Source: Phoronis australis (taxonomy: Eukaryota; Animalia; Phoronida). Taken from it: a DNA stretch of 64,000 bases. The notes beneath the pieces are model-generated. The model was not told the DNA's origin and did no database searches. It saw only the letters and a program-made list of their open reading frames with translations. Both the position numbers and the translations under genes were made by a program. Position 1 is the first letter of the stretch; every line of letters starts with the position of its first letter. The stretch covers positions 486,722 to 550,721 of the forward strand of contig NMRA01000052.1 in assembly GCA_002633005.1 (NCBI GenBank), read 5' to 3'. Below, in pieces: positions 37,049-51,000 of the stretch.

Positions 37049-37978
37049 GTGGTCATTATCAATATATTCTGTGTTATTGTCATCTCTATTTCATTGCACA
37101 AGTGCTTTATAAGACAGTTTTTGATTCAACTCTGTTGTTTATTCTCATGTGATTCTCACTGTGCTGTAAAACGTGTGAAATGCCACAGAAGAAATCTTCA
37201 GTCTCGGTGTCAGATGACGAGGTGTCTGGACAAAGTTATGGCGGCCATTACAAAACTCATGAGCAAAGTAGATGAAAACCACTGCAAGTTGGGTCAAGCT
37301 ATTGAAGACTCGAAAATACTCCTGCTGGGTCACCTCAATGCTGTCAAAGATGATCTAACAATGGAGATCAACCAGCTGAGAGGTAGGATTGAGGTTCTTG
37401 AGTGTAACGGTAAACAGACTGTTGCATATGGTGAAGGCAAGACCGTCGTGATATTTAACGTGCCTTACAATGATAACGAAAGCGTTGATGCTTTGGTCAA
37501 AGACATTGTAGCCGAGATTGGTCATCCTGTGAACATAATAAGGGCTAAACGATTGCCGAGTCGAGTCACCGGTAAGCCAGGTCTGATTAAAGCTGAACTG
37601 AACACACAAGAAGAGAAAATTGCGATTCTTCGCAAGAAAGGAAAGCTCAAAGACTCTGTTTTGTATAGCAGGGTATATATCCGTGCTTCAAAATCCCACA
37701 CCCAGAGGTTGCTTGAATTAAACTGCAAACAGCTATTAAAAATGATTCCGGACGGGAATGATTACAGATTCACTGGCAGTGGTCACTTGGTGAGAAAAAC
37801 AGCAGAAAATATCCTGAGTTCAATGGTAGGTACAAAGCATACTTACATGAGAGACATAAAGGTAAGAAAGATGAACAGAGAACACTGTATTGCAAGCAAG
37901 AGGAGATTGCATAAGATAATTGAGAAAGAGGAGGAAATTTCTGGAAGACAACATTCAGAACTTAAACAGTTCTTCTGA
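37049..37978 (+). mobile_element. LINE (CR1/L2-like) ORF1 protein, no ORF2
   Basis: Coiled coil (LTMEINQLRGRIEVLE), then RRM-like TVVIFNVPYNDNE...RAKRLPSR..KPGLIKAEL...KIAILRKKGKLKD...VYIRASKSHTQRL. No endonuclease or RT sequence follows. Confidence 0.72.
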
Positions 37979-39045
37979 CAATACACCTTTTCAGTGGACT
38001 CTTAACGAGTTAGGACAGACTTGCTCTGGGGAATCACTGAACCCTTCTGGGTACAAGGTTAAATGAGAAGATCAAAAGAGCAGACGTAGTGGTGGTTGTG
38101 AATGCCACCTTTGGACAAAAACTTGGAACAAATATCAATCATCAAGGACTGAAAAAATTGGGATCCCCTGTTACAGACATTTGTGGTCTTTGACCGTAGG
38201 ATTCTCTACAGGGTGTGTGGAAATTTCTGTGAGTAAAGGGTTAAGTGAGATTTCTAGTTAAGCAGAAGCAGAGGTGGATGTGGACATTATCTGGCAAGCA
38301 TCAACAACAAATAAATGTGACCTACATGGCTATGGACTTTGCAGAACTTCAGGAACAGCCTAGTGACTACAAATACACAAGAGGGTTTTCATGAGTTTCA
38401 AATCAGGTGGTGTGCGCACGTCCGATGCAATCCAGGCATCGGACTGCCTGCAATTTAACTTTTTAACTTTGAGTAGTATTGTTAGCAAAGCAGAATTTTT
38501 TAATATTTTGTTAGCAAGATTCCACAATAAATCGAGAGGGAAGTCCATGACTGGTTTCATACTTGACAGGCGACACAAAATCGCTTTTTACGTTTTCGTT
38601 GATAATGCACAAGGCTTTGATTTACCATCCTGATACAAAAGTATCACGATGAAATAGAACCTTAGACTTAAACGAGACCTTCTTGGTGATATTTGACTGG
38701 GTTTCTAAGAACCCATTTGAAATAAACATTGCACACAAAAACAGACATTTGAATATTGCCACCCATCATTAACAGCAAATGAGGTCATGAAAGCTTCAAT
38801 AACATTATTCCGTCATGTTAATCAAATTTTCCAAGTGGGCCATATCTGGTCCGAAATGCAAACTCAATGTTTGAGCAACTAAAGAGCGTCTTAATTATTA
38901 CCACTCTAAGGTCAACAAATATTCCCATTGAGACATATAATAAATACCAGGAATAACATAATGTTGAGCACCTGCTAAGGTCCCTCGTGAATACTGTCAC
39001 TGGGGCTAAAAGTGACCAAATTTGTGCCATGGGACATTTGAATAA

Positions 39046-42000
39046 CTAGAGAAACTTGAGATTATGCGCTATTAAAGCAAGCCTCTCTCGATTGTCTTCA
39101 GCAGAGTAGTCCTCAGCTACTTCCGACTCCAGACTGGACTGCGTCCTTAGTTCTCGACTGAACTGCCTCTTCAAAAGACTAGCCGGGTTAGTTTCCTCAT
39201 CAGGTGGCGCTGTTGCACTGCTGTCATTCAGTTCAGCAAACATTCTCTGCAGCAGCAGCTCCAACATATTCTGCAAGAACAAAAGTAGAAACAAACGCGT
39301 GCTTTGTGAATTATGCGCATAACATAGTTGCAGAGAATTATCAGTTGCAAAAATATAACACTAGAGAAGATGAAAAATTTTAAAAATTTAAGTACTAATT
39401 ATTCCTACAAGGATTCTGCTGAGGAAAGACTCGCATAGTCCCTTTGTGAATTGACTTTTCATTATTGCCTTTTGACATTTTTATTAAGCACAACTGCAGT
39501 ACAAATTCATGTTTCAATTTTTGAATTTCTGTTATAAAAGCAGGTGCAAAATTCAAATCTCATTAACAGAAAAAGGTTTCAAAGGAGCGTCTCTCTTCCT
39601 TATTGAAAAAATAGTTATAGTAAAAAACAACATTGAAAACAATATTAACAAAAACAGACGTGCAAGCAAACAAATAGTTTAAGTTATCATTTAATAAATT
39701 GAAGACAAAATCTTACATAAAACAGGTGTTTATTTAATCTCCTGTCCTGGAAGACTTCAAAGATTTGTATTGCACCTTTTCTAGTGTTTTTCTCCCCAAG
39801 GAGATTTTTCACACCATCTGAAAAGAAGGAAATTTAATGCTTCTGGTGTCAAAAAGACAAACGGGCAAGGAAAAATAATGTGCACCATACCGAGAACTTT
39901 CTCGGATCACAGGATGGTGGTTAACAAGTCTTAATGCATGCGCGCAAATTAATGCTCACATCAAAACTAACCAAAGAAAAAATTTTTATTCAAAACTTTT
40001 AAAAACAGGCGCATGTCTTAAACTAGACGCTATTGGAGTGCTTTTGTCCATTCTTGAAATTTTTCATTCAGTGTTAGAGCTAGTACTAAATTGGATACAC
40101 GCCAATGACGGCAAACAATAATTCAACTCACATTACACTTAAGACATTAGCTCCACAGTTTCACCCAGTGTTTCAAGCATAAGAGCGTGTGCTTATTTCT
40201 GGACATATAATACAAACTTTACATAAAGGTGCAAGGGCCAAAATACACTCATACACAATAAAGTCAACAGCAACAGCGACTTTTGTCAAAAAGATTGGAA
40301 ATATTTATTTACATCAAATGTGACCATTCTCAAGAAGAACAAAGCACAAAATAGATGGTTTTGTCAACAATTTTCAAAACATCACACATTAAGGGAGAAG
40401 TGAACAGTGATTCAACCATCCAAGACTTCCACACTAAAACTCTTAATTAATTGACCCAAATGCCACCAAACAATCACCATGGCAACCTGATCAGCAGTAA
40501 AACCTCCAATTCTATATGTAACAAACTGTAACAAAGAATATATCCGAGGTACCTGGGAAGTTATCCACGAACCCATGTTTAGCCTGTAGACGTGTATGAA
40601 GTTTTTCTTGGTCCGATCTAGAGGGCGCTGGAGGGGCAAGCTTCCCATTGGGCCAGAACGAGTCACGGAATAAGTGAATGTAATAGATAATCATGGGCTC
40701 GGAGAATATCCAATCCACCGTCTCCCGTACTTGCCTGAAACAAACAGGGAAGTAATTTTATTAATTTACTTTTATTATAACAACTGACAGAAATGCAATT
40801 ATCTCCATTATCATAAAAATGAAGGAAAACTCATGGAGGATTTCAAAAGACTAAACTCCATGCAGAAATTTAATTTTAAATTCTATATCCAACATATCTC
40901 CAGGTGTCGTACCTTTGACAATGGCAGTGAAATTAATCAAAGACTTCTTCCAAGAGAACAATAAAATCACACATTAGCGACCACAGTAACATCACTGCGC
41001 TCATATTCTTGAATGAATTTTATAAGTTTCTGCGTTAACACATTACTGGAGAAAATCTATTCATACGTCGCACTGATTTGGAAGCTTATAATACCATCGC
41101 CAACATGTTACCAATTAAGAACAGTACAGACAGAAGATACGAATACCTTAGGTATCTATCATATGCATAACGCCACGAATTCCCTTTTGTCAAAAAATTA
41201 TTTACCCTCAAGACAGACTTTGTAGTGTAGGCAAGTAATCAGCAAGCAACAATAAAAAACAGAGACATTCAGTCATGTACCTGTTAATACTCCTGCCAAA
41301 CGTGACCTGGACAAACACCACAAGTGACCTCCTCAGTAGCTTTGTGACCTTCTTCAAGTGAAAGATCTCACCAATGAGAGAATAGAGAGGCTCTGCTATG
41401 TCATCACGAGTGGTCTCTTCTTTACTACGAACAGCAGGGCACAGTTGGAGAAATTAACACTTTTGAAACACACACTCAGTTACTGCACAGAAACTAGTAA
41501 ATGTCCCAATTTTCATTTATTTTTCCTTTTTGTTTTTGCTGGTATATTTCGTAATTGGTCATTGTACATCACATTTAATTTATCCTATGTAGAACAACAG
41601 TTGGACTGAATGAATCAATTTCCAAGTTAACTGTTGTAAGAGTTTTATCTAAGTCAAAATAAAATTTAATAACAAAAAAAAAACAATTTCTGCTTTACTG
41701 GAGCAGTAATATATTTATGTAAAATATAGCTTTGACTTGAAAAACACAAAGTTTCGCAAAAGTCAATGAAAGACACGATCATGTAAACCCAAGGTAAGCA
41801 ACTATTTAAAGACTTGTGGGGATTGTATTTAGAGGTATGAACGCAGAACATTTTACCTCATCTCGTCAAAAAACAAGAGCTCTTCTTCAGCCTTTTGTTC
41901 CTGAGTTCCTGGCAGGCTAAAATGAAAAACAAATGTCACTGCAGCTTTGGCATAAATTTAGTATCACTATGAACTGTGGCAATGCTTGTAAATAAACATG

Positions 42001-45000
42001 GGTTACAGACTGACTGATTGAAATGGCCTTGTCAATAGTTGAAAATATTGTACAACATAACATTTTTCTCCAATCCACTGGCTTTATGAGAACTGTGATG
42101 ACACAACAACCGCAGATTAGTAACAAAAAAGTCGCTTTTATGTCATAACATAACATAGGAGTAGCAGAGGTGTAGTAATCATGCTTTCTATACAGCTAGG
42201 TGTTACACACAAACTAAAGATCACCACATTAATTGTTTGTCAAAAAGCTTTCCTATCACTGAGATTCTTATCAAGTAACTATCGGCCTATTTGATGAGAA
42301 CACAGCCTCTTGCTCAAATCTCTAGGACACATTGATCCATTATTCTTACTTTTTGAAGAAGTTTCGCAGCGAAAATTTCTTCTTGTCTTCCTGTCCTGGG
42401 GATTGTTTCAGATACTCAGGACTGGGACTGAGGAATGCATAGAGAGCCTCACTTTGGGTCAGCCGCTCATCCTTCAACACTGTCTGCAAATGTGCGTGAA
42501 GCAGACGACATTAATGGAGTAATTATGAAATAAGACGTTTACTTCCATTAACGTAGAGCAGTTGTGTTCACCAAAAAATTAACTTTCTGTAATCTGTCAT
42601 TGTTAAAATGATTCATTTGCTGCCCATGAACATGTATTAAATACCAGTCTAATAGACTCCACTTTATAGAAAATGATGAAATTCAATAAAAACAAGAGAG
42701 TTTAATAATTTCTGCATGTTCTCTGAATAAACAGTGCTTATAAATGAATTGTTCAGTCTAATACCCAGTACTAAATAGGTCATGGAAGTTTCAGTACCTA
42801 GGCAAAATAAAATAAATGTCCACAAAACGCTTAGATCCCAAAAGGTAAAAGAAAGTTTTCAACACCGTCACCGAGACAGCAGCAAAGATGCTAACACTGA
42901 ACAATCACTCAATCACTGACATAAAGGGACGAATTTCATCCAATCAAAAAGCAAACAAATGTTGCAACCTTTGCAACAATTCAATTTGTACACAAGTCAG
43001 TTTGGATATTATACAATCAATCAATCACTTTGAGTCTAGACAAATGAAGCAGTGGCAATGAACCTACATGTAAGTACTGGTCCAACGAAGACTTAGCTTT
43101 CTCCAAAAATATTGAGTCTATGGCCTTGAAAGAAAACTTACTCACAGAGGGCAGTTCCTTCTTCCGCAACCAAGGACAAATCTGCAACAACATAAACCAG
43201 CAAAAACTCAGCAACCTATACTTGCACGAATTAACTCGCTTCGCGGACTAAACACTAATCTAGCACACTTGAATAAAGGAAGTGTAACATACCATTAACA
43301 CCGAAAATTAACAACCCCTGAAGACAAAGCACTACTTCTTATTTCTCATCTTTTATTCAACAAAGCACCACTAACCAGCACCAGCTTGGTATGCAAAGCA
43401 TGGAAGTCGCCCAGACTGCGCGTGACAATCCAGCCATGGGTGCCAGATTTCTCCGGTTTATGCAGCGCCCCTCCAGTCAAGTGAACAAGTATAACAAAGT
43501 AAGACGTCAACTTATTGTCTTCCTGTGTAACCTTTGGGGTGAGTAGAAGAGATGAGTAAATTAACGAACACAACTGGCAAAATGCCACAACACTACAGCA
43601 ATTTGCCAAACAATTTGCACAAAACAAGTTAAATATGTTTTCCTTTTAGTCGAGGTGTGCCAAACGCACAAAACATACAGTCTTTGTAGTTGATGGGCAA
43701 CTGCGTAAAACCAAGCACTGCCACCTGCCCGAAATGCGACCTTCAGGTTGCCATCATGATCCAACTAATAGTACTTAAGTTAACATGTTCTAATCTAAAC
43801 GTAATTTACCACATCTTTGGTGAAACACTATTTTGAGCACGGCTCTAGGTGACATGAAATTCATTCAGGTCACCCCTTTAACCTCCCGCTTACAACAGCA
43901 TGATATTTCTCATATCTTTGACTGAATTAATGGATGTTCAGACCAGACTAACACAGTTACAGAGATTGTGTACTACTAGAATTAATGACAGAGCTTTGCG
44001 ACAATATTTTCCGGAAGTACAAAACTCAATGTGTGCAAATTATATGAGGTATGAAATTCCTGTCAAGTAGCCTCGAGTTAAATAAGTGAGGGATGAAACA
44101 TTGTTTTTGCAAAAAAATTTGAGTGAGTGAAATGAGACGAGTGTGCAAACTAAGGGGAGAACAACCCTACTTCAAACTATTCAACATTTATTTCTGACTC
44201 ACCAGACATTTTCACGTTCAGTTCATTTCATTTCACAGAAAACATTTTTGCACAACTATCATTTCCAACAACTTATTTAGATACATTAAATGTCATGTCA
44301 ACAACAGTCATATTTCAACAGCGTGATTACTTAGGACATACAAATCTTTTCCATGTCATGCTCCAGATGGTATTAACAAATTACAAGATAAAACATTATC
44401 TCCATTCACAAGCGCTATGTACTAGAGCAAAATCAACAGCTCACATCACACCTCGGTCAAGTCCCTGGTGTCTACAAATGCACTGATGAAAGTACAGACC
44501 ACCACTCTTGTTCGAGTAGGAACTAACTCGGCTACGAATGTACAGAATAGTATAGCAAACTCCCTCGATACAGAAAAAATTCAATGAAATTACAAATTTT
44601 GAGTTTCTCTCTCATACTGATGAAGAGTTTGGAGAATTAACTTGAATTTTTGAAAAACGGATGCGAAAAGACAGTAAAATGAGGGCTCACACTTTACATA
44701 GAGAAAAGCGACATCAGCAACCGCTTTATTTACGTCCAAAATTGTTTACCTCAGAGCTGCACACTCTTGTCTGCCACATGCCGATGTTCTCGCTCCACAC
44801 CTCTGTGCGTTCAATGTGAAACTCCAGGTGGCGCCGCTCAAACTTCAAGTTCTCAATCTCCTGCTGTACGTCCTTCTGTACTTTCATGATCTGCAATGAA
44901 CGCCACCTGTAGGACACTATGCAGTGCTAACAGACCACAAGGGCACAGTGTCATTGAGTGAAACCGAAAACTTCTTTCCTTCCAAACAAAGCACAAAATG

Positions 45001-48000
45001 CATCTACTCACCGCAAACACTAGTTTCTAAGAATCCATGTCTTAATATCACCAACTGTGAGTTAAAAGAACCACTACTAATCTTACAGGTCCCAAATGAA
45101 GTTATCTAACTGAGCAAAGCAAAATGACCACATTAAATACACAATTCATTACCATATGAAATCTTTACTGACAGCTAATTAATATTCACGAAAATCAATC
45201 TAGACCTCAGAAGGTCTTGTCGGCCAAGTCAACCTAACAGCGTTAATGCAATTTGTGGTTATTTGCCAAGGACACTGGTACAGTTTTTATCACAGCTTTC
45301 AACATCTCTTAACAAGTGACAAGCTGCTCATTTCAAATATCATACGACTCTACAAAGATACATAACAACTGCAACACCACTTGGCTACATTACAATCAGA
45401 TATGAAGTAACTTCCCATGAGGTGGGTGAGCATAAATCGCGGCTTTGCTCATCTCAGGCAAAATTCTGCGGCGTACACATATTCCAGTACAAGCACTTGA
45501 ACCTTCAAACAACTCCCAATTTTATTCCCCAAAAATCCCTCGATCCACTTGAATAAATCTTGCGCAACTTTTTACTGTATACTGCAAACCCTCAACACAT
45601 ATCCCAGTGCATTTCAAGTGAATAGTCTAATTTTCAAGAGTATGAGTCAAAAGTAAAACCTTCATACAGTGCACGGCCATTGAAACTGACCTTCTCATCA
45701 CCAGCTTTTTGCGAATTTTTTAAAGCTTGTAAGGCGTGTTGCTTATCCTGTATTTTCTCGTCTAACGACACCAACTTCTGCTGTGCATACGTGGAATGTC
45801 TGGCTATTACATAATTGGGGTTCTCATACCCATCAATGTCACTAGCGTTGATTTTCTCATAAGTACCTAGAAAGAAAGCAAATACATAACAGAGATGCCT
45901 CTCTAAAAGGATGCAAGACCTTCAACCAGCGCTAGTAAGATACATAACAACACCCTTCAAAATATTTTCCCATCCCCCTAACCTCATTCTCCTGAAAATG
46001 GTAGGTGGTAAAAAAATATTGATTTAGTTTATGTTTTCCACTTTGTTTGTAGGGTACAATGTACATGTCGCTTTTACAACTGAAAATTCCTCATCAGACT
46101 GCAAGTTACATACAATCGGTCACAGGAGGGAAAACAACATAATTTCAATTTACAGCCATTAGGTAATCGGTTGACCGACAACAGGTGAATGTCTCTGAAA
46201 CACGTTGTAAGTAATTGAGATACGAACTCCACTATCACCATGCCCTAATTAACTTAACATCAGATGACTAAAGCAGACCCAGTTTAATCAGAATACCATC
46301 ATCTGACTTTAAACACCATACTGCTAAATTTAGACTCTTAAACTTTCACCCTTCACTTGTCTTTGCATGAAATAACCCAATATCAACACTCTCTCTTTCC
46401 GACAATTCGTCACAACAAATTTGGACCCTACTCCCCTCACCTGACTCCTCGTAAAATGACCCAGATTAGGCAGCGCTCAATAGTTTTTGTGGGCCACGGT
46501 TGAATTTACCTTCCCAATCTCCTTGAAAATAGATGCCTGCTGGGTTGGCTGGGCATTTTGTACTGCATGTGAAGGCTTCAAATACTGTTCGCTGGATTTC
46601 TGAGTCTGTGCTGAGTGAAAGATTGCCAGTTGTTATCCTCTTGGTCCATTTTTGATCAGTTGTGGCTTTTCTTAAACCTTTACTGCTTGCAAATGGGAAG
46701 TTGATATTCAGCAGGAAATTCAAATACCCTCCAGACACTTTGGATTTGTAAAAAATCTGGCTGGTCGACATCCACTTTTTACCTGAGTTTTGGCAGTCTG
46801 AATGCAATGTCTCTCAGTCCGTAGTAACTGCATGCAAATGGAGGCTTTGGGGTGTAAATTGAGGGTTTGGTGCATTATTGCTAATTTTTGTAAGTAGCCG
46901 GCTGCACTTTGGAATCAGTTTCAATAGACTGTGCAAGGTTTTTGAAGTCTTAGGTCCAGTAAAATGTTCATATTATCAGGTTTTGTACATCTTGTGGAAC
47001 AGACTGTCAGAGCTGCCATGACCTGGTTTTTCAAGCCCAAATCCAGCAAAAATTGTTGAGTGCCACCTTAGTAACTATATTAACCCTACACCCTAGAAGT
47101 GACTCTCTATGGAAGAGCCCAATAACACCACACCCCTTTCACACAACCAATGCAGACATCTAAACCTATCCCCCCTCACCTGACTCGTCATGGAATGACC
47201 CATCACCTCCATGCTCAAGTTCTTCCAACTCCAGATTACTGATATATGAATGGTAGACATCACTGACAATGAAGGAGGGGTAATGCTCTTTCTCCAGGTA
47301 GTTATACACTTGAACTTGCGCCCGGAAAAACGCCTCAGGTCCCTGCAACAGAAACGCGATGGTGTCAACTTTCAAGTTACATTACTAGCGCTGAGTGAGA
47401 TCTGATAAAGTGTAAAATGTGAACAATCTCGCCACAGCTGGGTGGCATAGAGAATGGGTAAAAAACACCCGTATCACCCGAGCAGCATTCACTTTCATGA
47501 AAAGAAAACAACTTTTTGGGGAATTTCTTTAATATCTCGTTTCAAAAAAATTCGTACCAGAACTAGAACACGTTAATTCTTTAGTTATCTCGCACGAAAA
47601 TAATTGTGTATTTTCTGTTTTTCAACTGACTAACCTTGCCACAATGTTCGTTAACGTTTATTTTCAAAGACCGTTACTTCCAATAAACAGGAGTCCAAGA
47701 AGTGTCTTGTCAAAAGTAAACAATGATCAACCAAGTGATGTAATGTAAAGGATGTAAAGTACAAACAATCTAAATAATCTTGTACAGTTTCCTTGAATGC
47801 ATGTTTATTTCTTATAAATTCAACAGAATGACACATTAATTTCCATTAGTTCATGTTTTCTTCTAGTAAATTTAGCAAAATGACTTTTTCGCCATCGTGT
47901 GCGATCATGATTTATCTATTGACCTTAACAACAAACTGATTGTAATAAGAAACTATCATCTCCTCTATACAACACTGACAAGTAACTCTAAATCCACTGA

Positions 48001-51000
48001 CCTTGTCTCCCAACATAAACATCTCCATGTCGCGGACACACGCCTTGTCCACCTTGACTATGCTGCCCGCGCTGCTAATGAACATCTGGTAAATCTCCGA
48101 TGCTAGCTGATGACGACGGTTACGCTCAACTGATCGCAGCTGCTCCACAGCACTCCAAAACCTGAGGGGTGGAATTGATATTAAAGACATAGAATGAAGA
48201 CGAGGCAGATATGTTCTCAATACAATGCGCGAGAGGGATACAGATGGAGTTAACAGAGGAAAGAATTGGGTGTCAGCATAGATCCAAGACAACAAATTCG
48301 CAACTCCGACATTTTCTAATGAAATTCCCAGCAGAGGTGCAACTTACTTTGTGTTCTAATCTCAGCTTCCAGTTAGTGTATTCAGAATCAGATGGGAAAT
48401 TGTTTTACCAATTTTACTTTCCAGCAGTACGAAAAAACACCCGGCATCAAAAAAAAAAAATTCAATTGCTTCCTTCAGTAGAATTTTCGGAGTCTGGAGT
48501 AATTTGCGGCAATATTTCAAGGGAAGTGCAATTGCAAGCTTTCATAATGCAAAACTTAGTGCTTTTCACAAAAATACAAAATACAATAACAGGAGTTCAG
48601 TCTAGAAAGCGCTGGAAACTAACCACAGTCAGCAGATGGGTCAACTCAGCCCATGCCACTAGTAAATAAGGATGCTGCGGCTTGTATGCAAGAACACAGA
48701 TCTCATCCACTGACATTAAATACAAAATTGTTGGTCCATGTGGTGTAGTCTGTGACATCAGGTAAATGAAAGGTACACACTTACCGAACCAGGGAGTCAT
48801 TGTCATCCTTCTGTAAGAACTTCTGGAATGCTTTTCTAGCCTCGGGACTTGACAAGATAACAGAGAAAGAAAGTACCTGTAAAGTCATTAAAACAATTCA
48901 AACATTTTCTACTATTTGCTATGTCACAGAGCCAGCATTTATTTCCCACTGCCACAAAGAACAGCCAGCTTTTTTTCCAAGCCAGAGTTTGGTACGATGT
49001 CATTTTGACGTTTTAGAGCAGAAATCAAATTCAAGTGCAAAAATTGAAAATAATAATTAAGCCTACTTTTATACGCACTTTGGAAATTATAACTGGGCTA
49101 TGGACTTCGTCAATTTTAATGCTACTCAACTCCCAGGGGAGCATACAATAGGTGTAAACATTTTTGGCACACACCACTTAATCCAAACACATAATTCTAC
49201 AAAAGTAAAAAAACCTGTGATAACCTAAATGAGATAAATGTTAAAAAAATTATTGACAATGTAACGAGACTGTGCACTTCTATTCCTCTTTACCAATACA
49301 AATAGTGTCATAGTGCCAGACACATCACCACTAAATTTCAGTATAATGCTGGCCAGCCCTTCCAAACTTTAAGGGTTTCAATTCATTTGCAGGTTATCTC
49401 TCAATTTCACCTGAACGTTGAAGACAATGCTATCATGATCAGGAAAATGTGAAGTCCAGCTTGGCAGATTAAATTAGCACATTTCCCACTTTCATATTTG
49501 AGCACTAAGTGGAAATATAATGGCTTTTAGTATACTCATGTTGCACGCGAGGTGTACCTTTCGTCCAGCAAGATTCTGTTTCTCCTGCTGGTTACTCTCA
49601 CCGTAGTCGCTGTACTCTTGACCCCCTAGCAGGCGGATGCGCTGCTCACATTTAGACTTGGCCAGAGTCAACTACAAGATGGACATTACTGCTACGAAAG
49701 TCTACACAACATGATCCACACAGATAAAACTGTCAACTACTAGTGGCATCAATGGCAGGTAGACATACTCCCGTGTCGGGCTAACTAGGTCAAGTCACAA
49801 TCGCTAAACTTTAAACTGGCACAAACCAAGATAACAGCTGTGAATCTTCCCATCTCAAAGATGGGGTTACATGCTGCTTTCGCAACATTAAATTAATCTA
49901 GTCGTTATGCACTGCAATCTCAAATACTCTTCCACAATTTTCTAATAGGTGATTGTTGCCATGAACACGCCCACTGCCAATCACATTTGTCTGGATAACT
50001 TCACGATCAATCCTGTAGGTGTCAGCATCCTGCAGTGCCACACCTACACCACTGTGTTAAGCGTTAACTACATATAAAGACTCCTTTCACAAAAAAATGC
50101 ATCAACAATATTTTCTCAACATCGAAATTTTGAATCCCAAAAATCATTGCAATTCAGTATTTATTTTAAAAAGCTTTTCAAATTAAAAACGTATAATTAT
50201 GTTTACTTTTTGAATACACACAAATCAATGGGGCAGAGTAGATATTTACCTGATTGATATACCTTCGTAAGTTCCTAGACTTCAACAGATCTCCTTTTGA
50301 AGAGCCTTTAGGAGTCGATGCTTTATCTAGAACAAATAAAAAACAAACAATAGCAACAAAAAGTGTGACGTTGCCATACTAGTGTAGCCTAGGAGATTCC
50401 ACCATCTTGGTTCTAACCCTAGCCACTTTTCTAAGGGAAATTACATCGAGTCGAAAGTTGTAACTGGAAAATCACCATTTAACCTGTCTTAGAAAACACA
50501 TGGTTAATATGCAAACCTACATGCTTCACAAAGACTGTGGCATGAGATTTATGGGATTCAAACTTACCTTCCGCCATTCCTTCGGCTCGCTTGATGTTGT
50601 TGATAGTAGTCGACTGCATGATTTCCGTGATTATACTCAATCTGCAAATCGCAAATAAAATAAGTAAGAATTGATGGCCATATGTTGGTCACATGACATG
50701 TCTTAAAAAAAATTCTGAAAAGGTCTCTGTCCCGACCAGTGCTCGAACCCGGAACTCTCTGCTTTCTTTTTGCTGAAATGAAGTTTCAAATTTTTCTGCC
50801 ATCAACATCAGGAACAATAAGAAAAAGCCCCCTTCAAAACAACTTTACCCAGCCCACAATACACATCCGGTGACAGCGCCATCTATCACTACATAAAGAA
50901 GCACCAACAGTCTATTACCTCATCTGCTTCAGGTGTTCAATGTCCTCCGACTCAAGAATCATCTTGTAGAACTGTTCGTAGGAAGCCGCATACATATACT

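Noticed and set aside
38100-38109. GAATGCCACC as the right TIR of the Kolobok element
   Set aside because: It has the same orientation as the left end and no CT|TTAA terminus, so it is probably chance.
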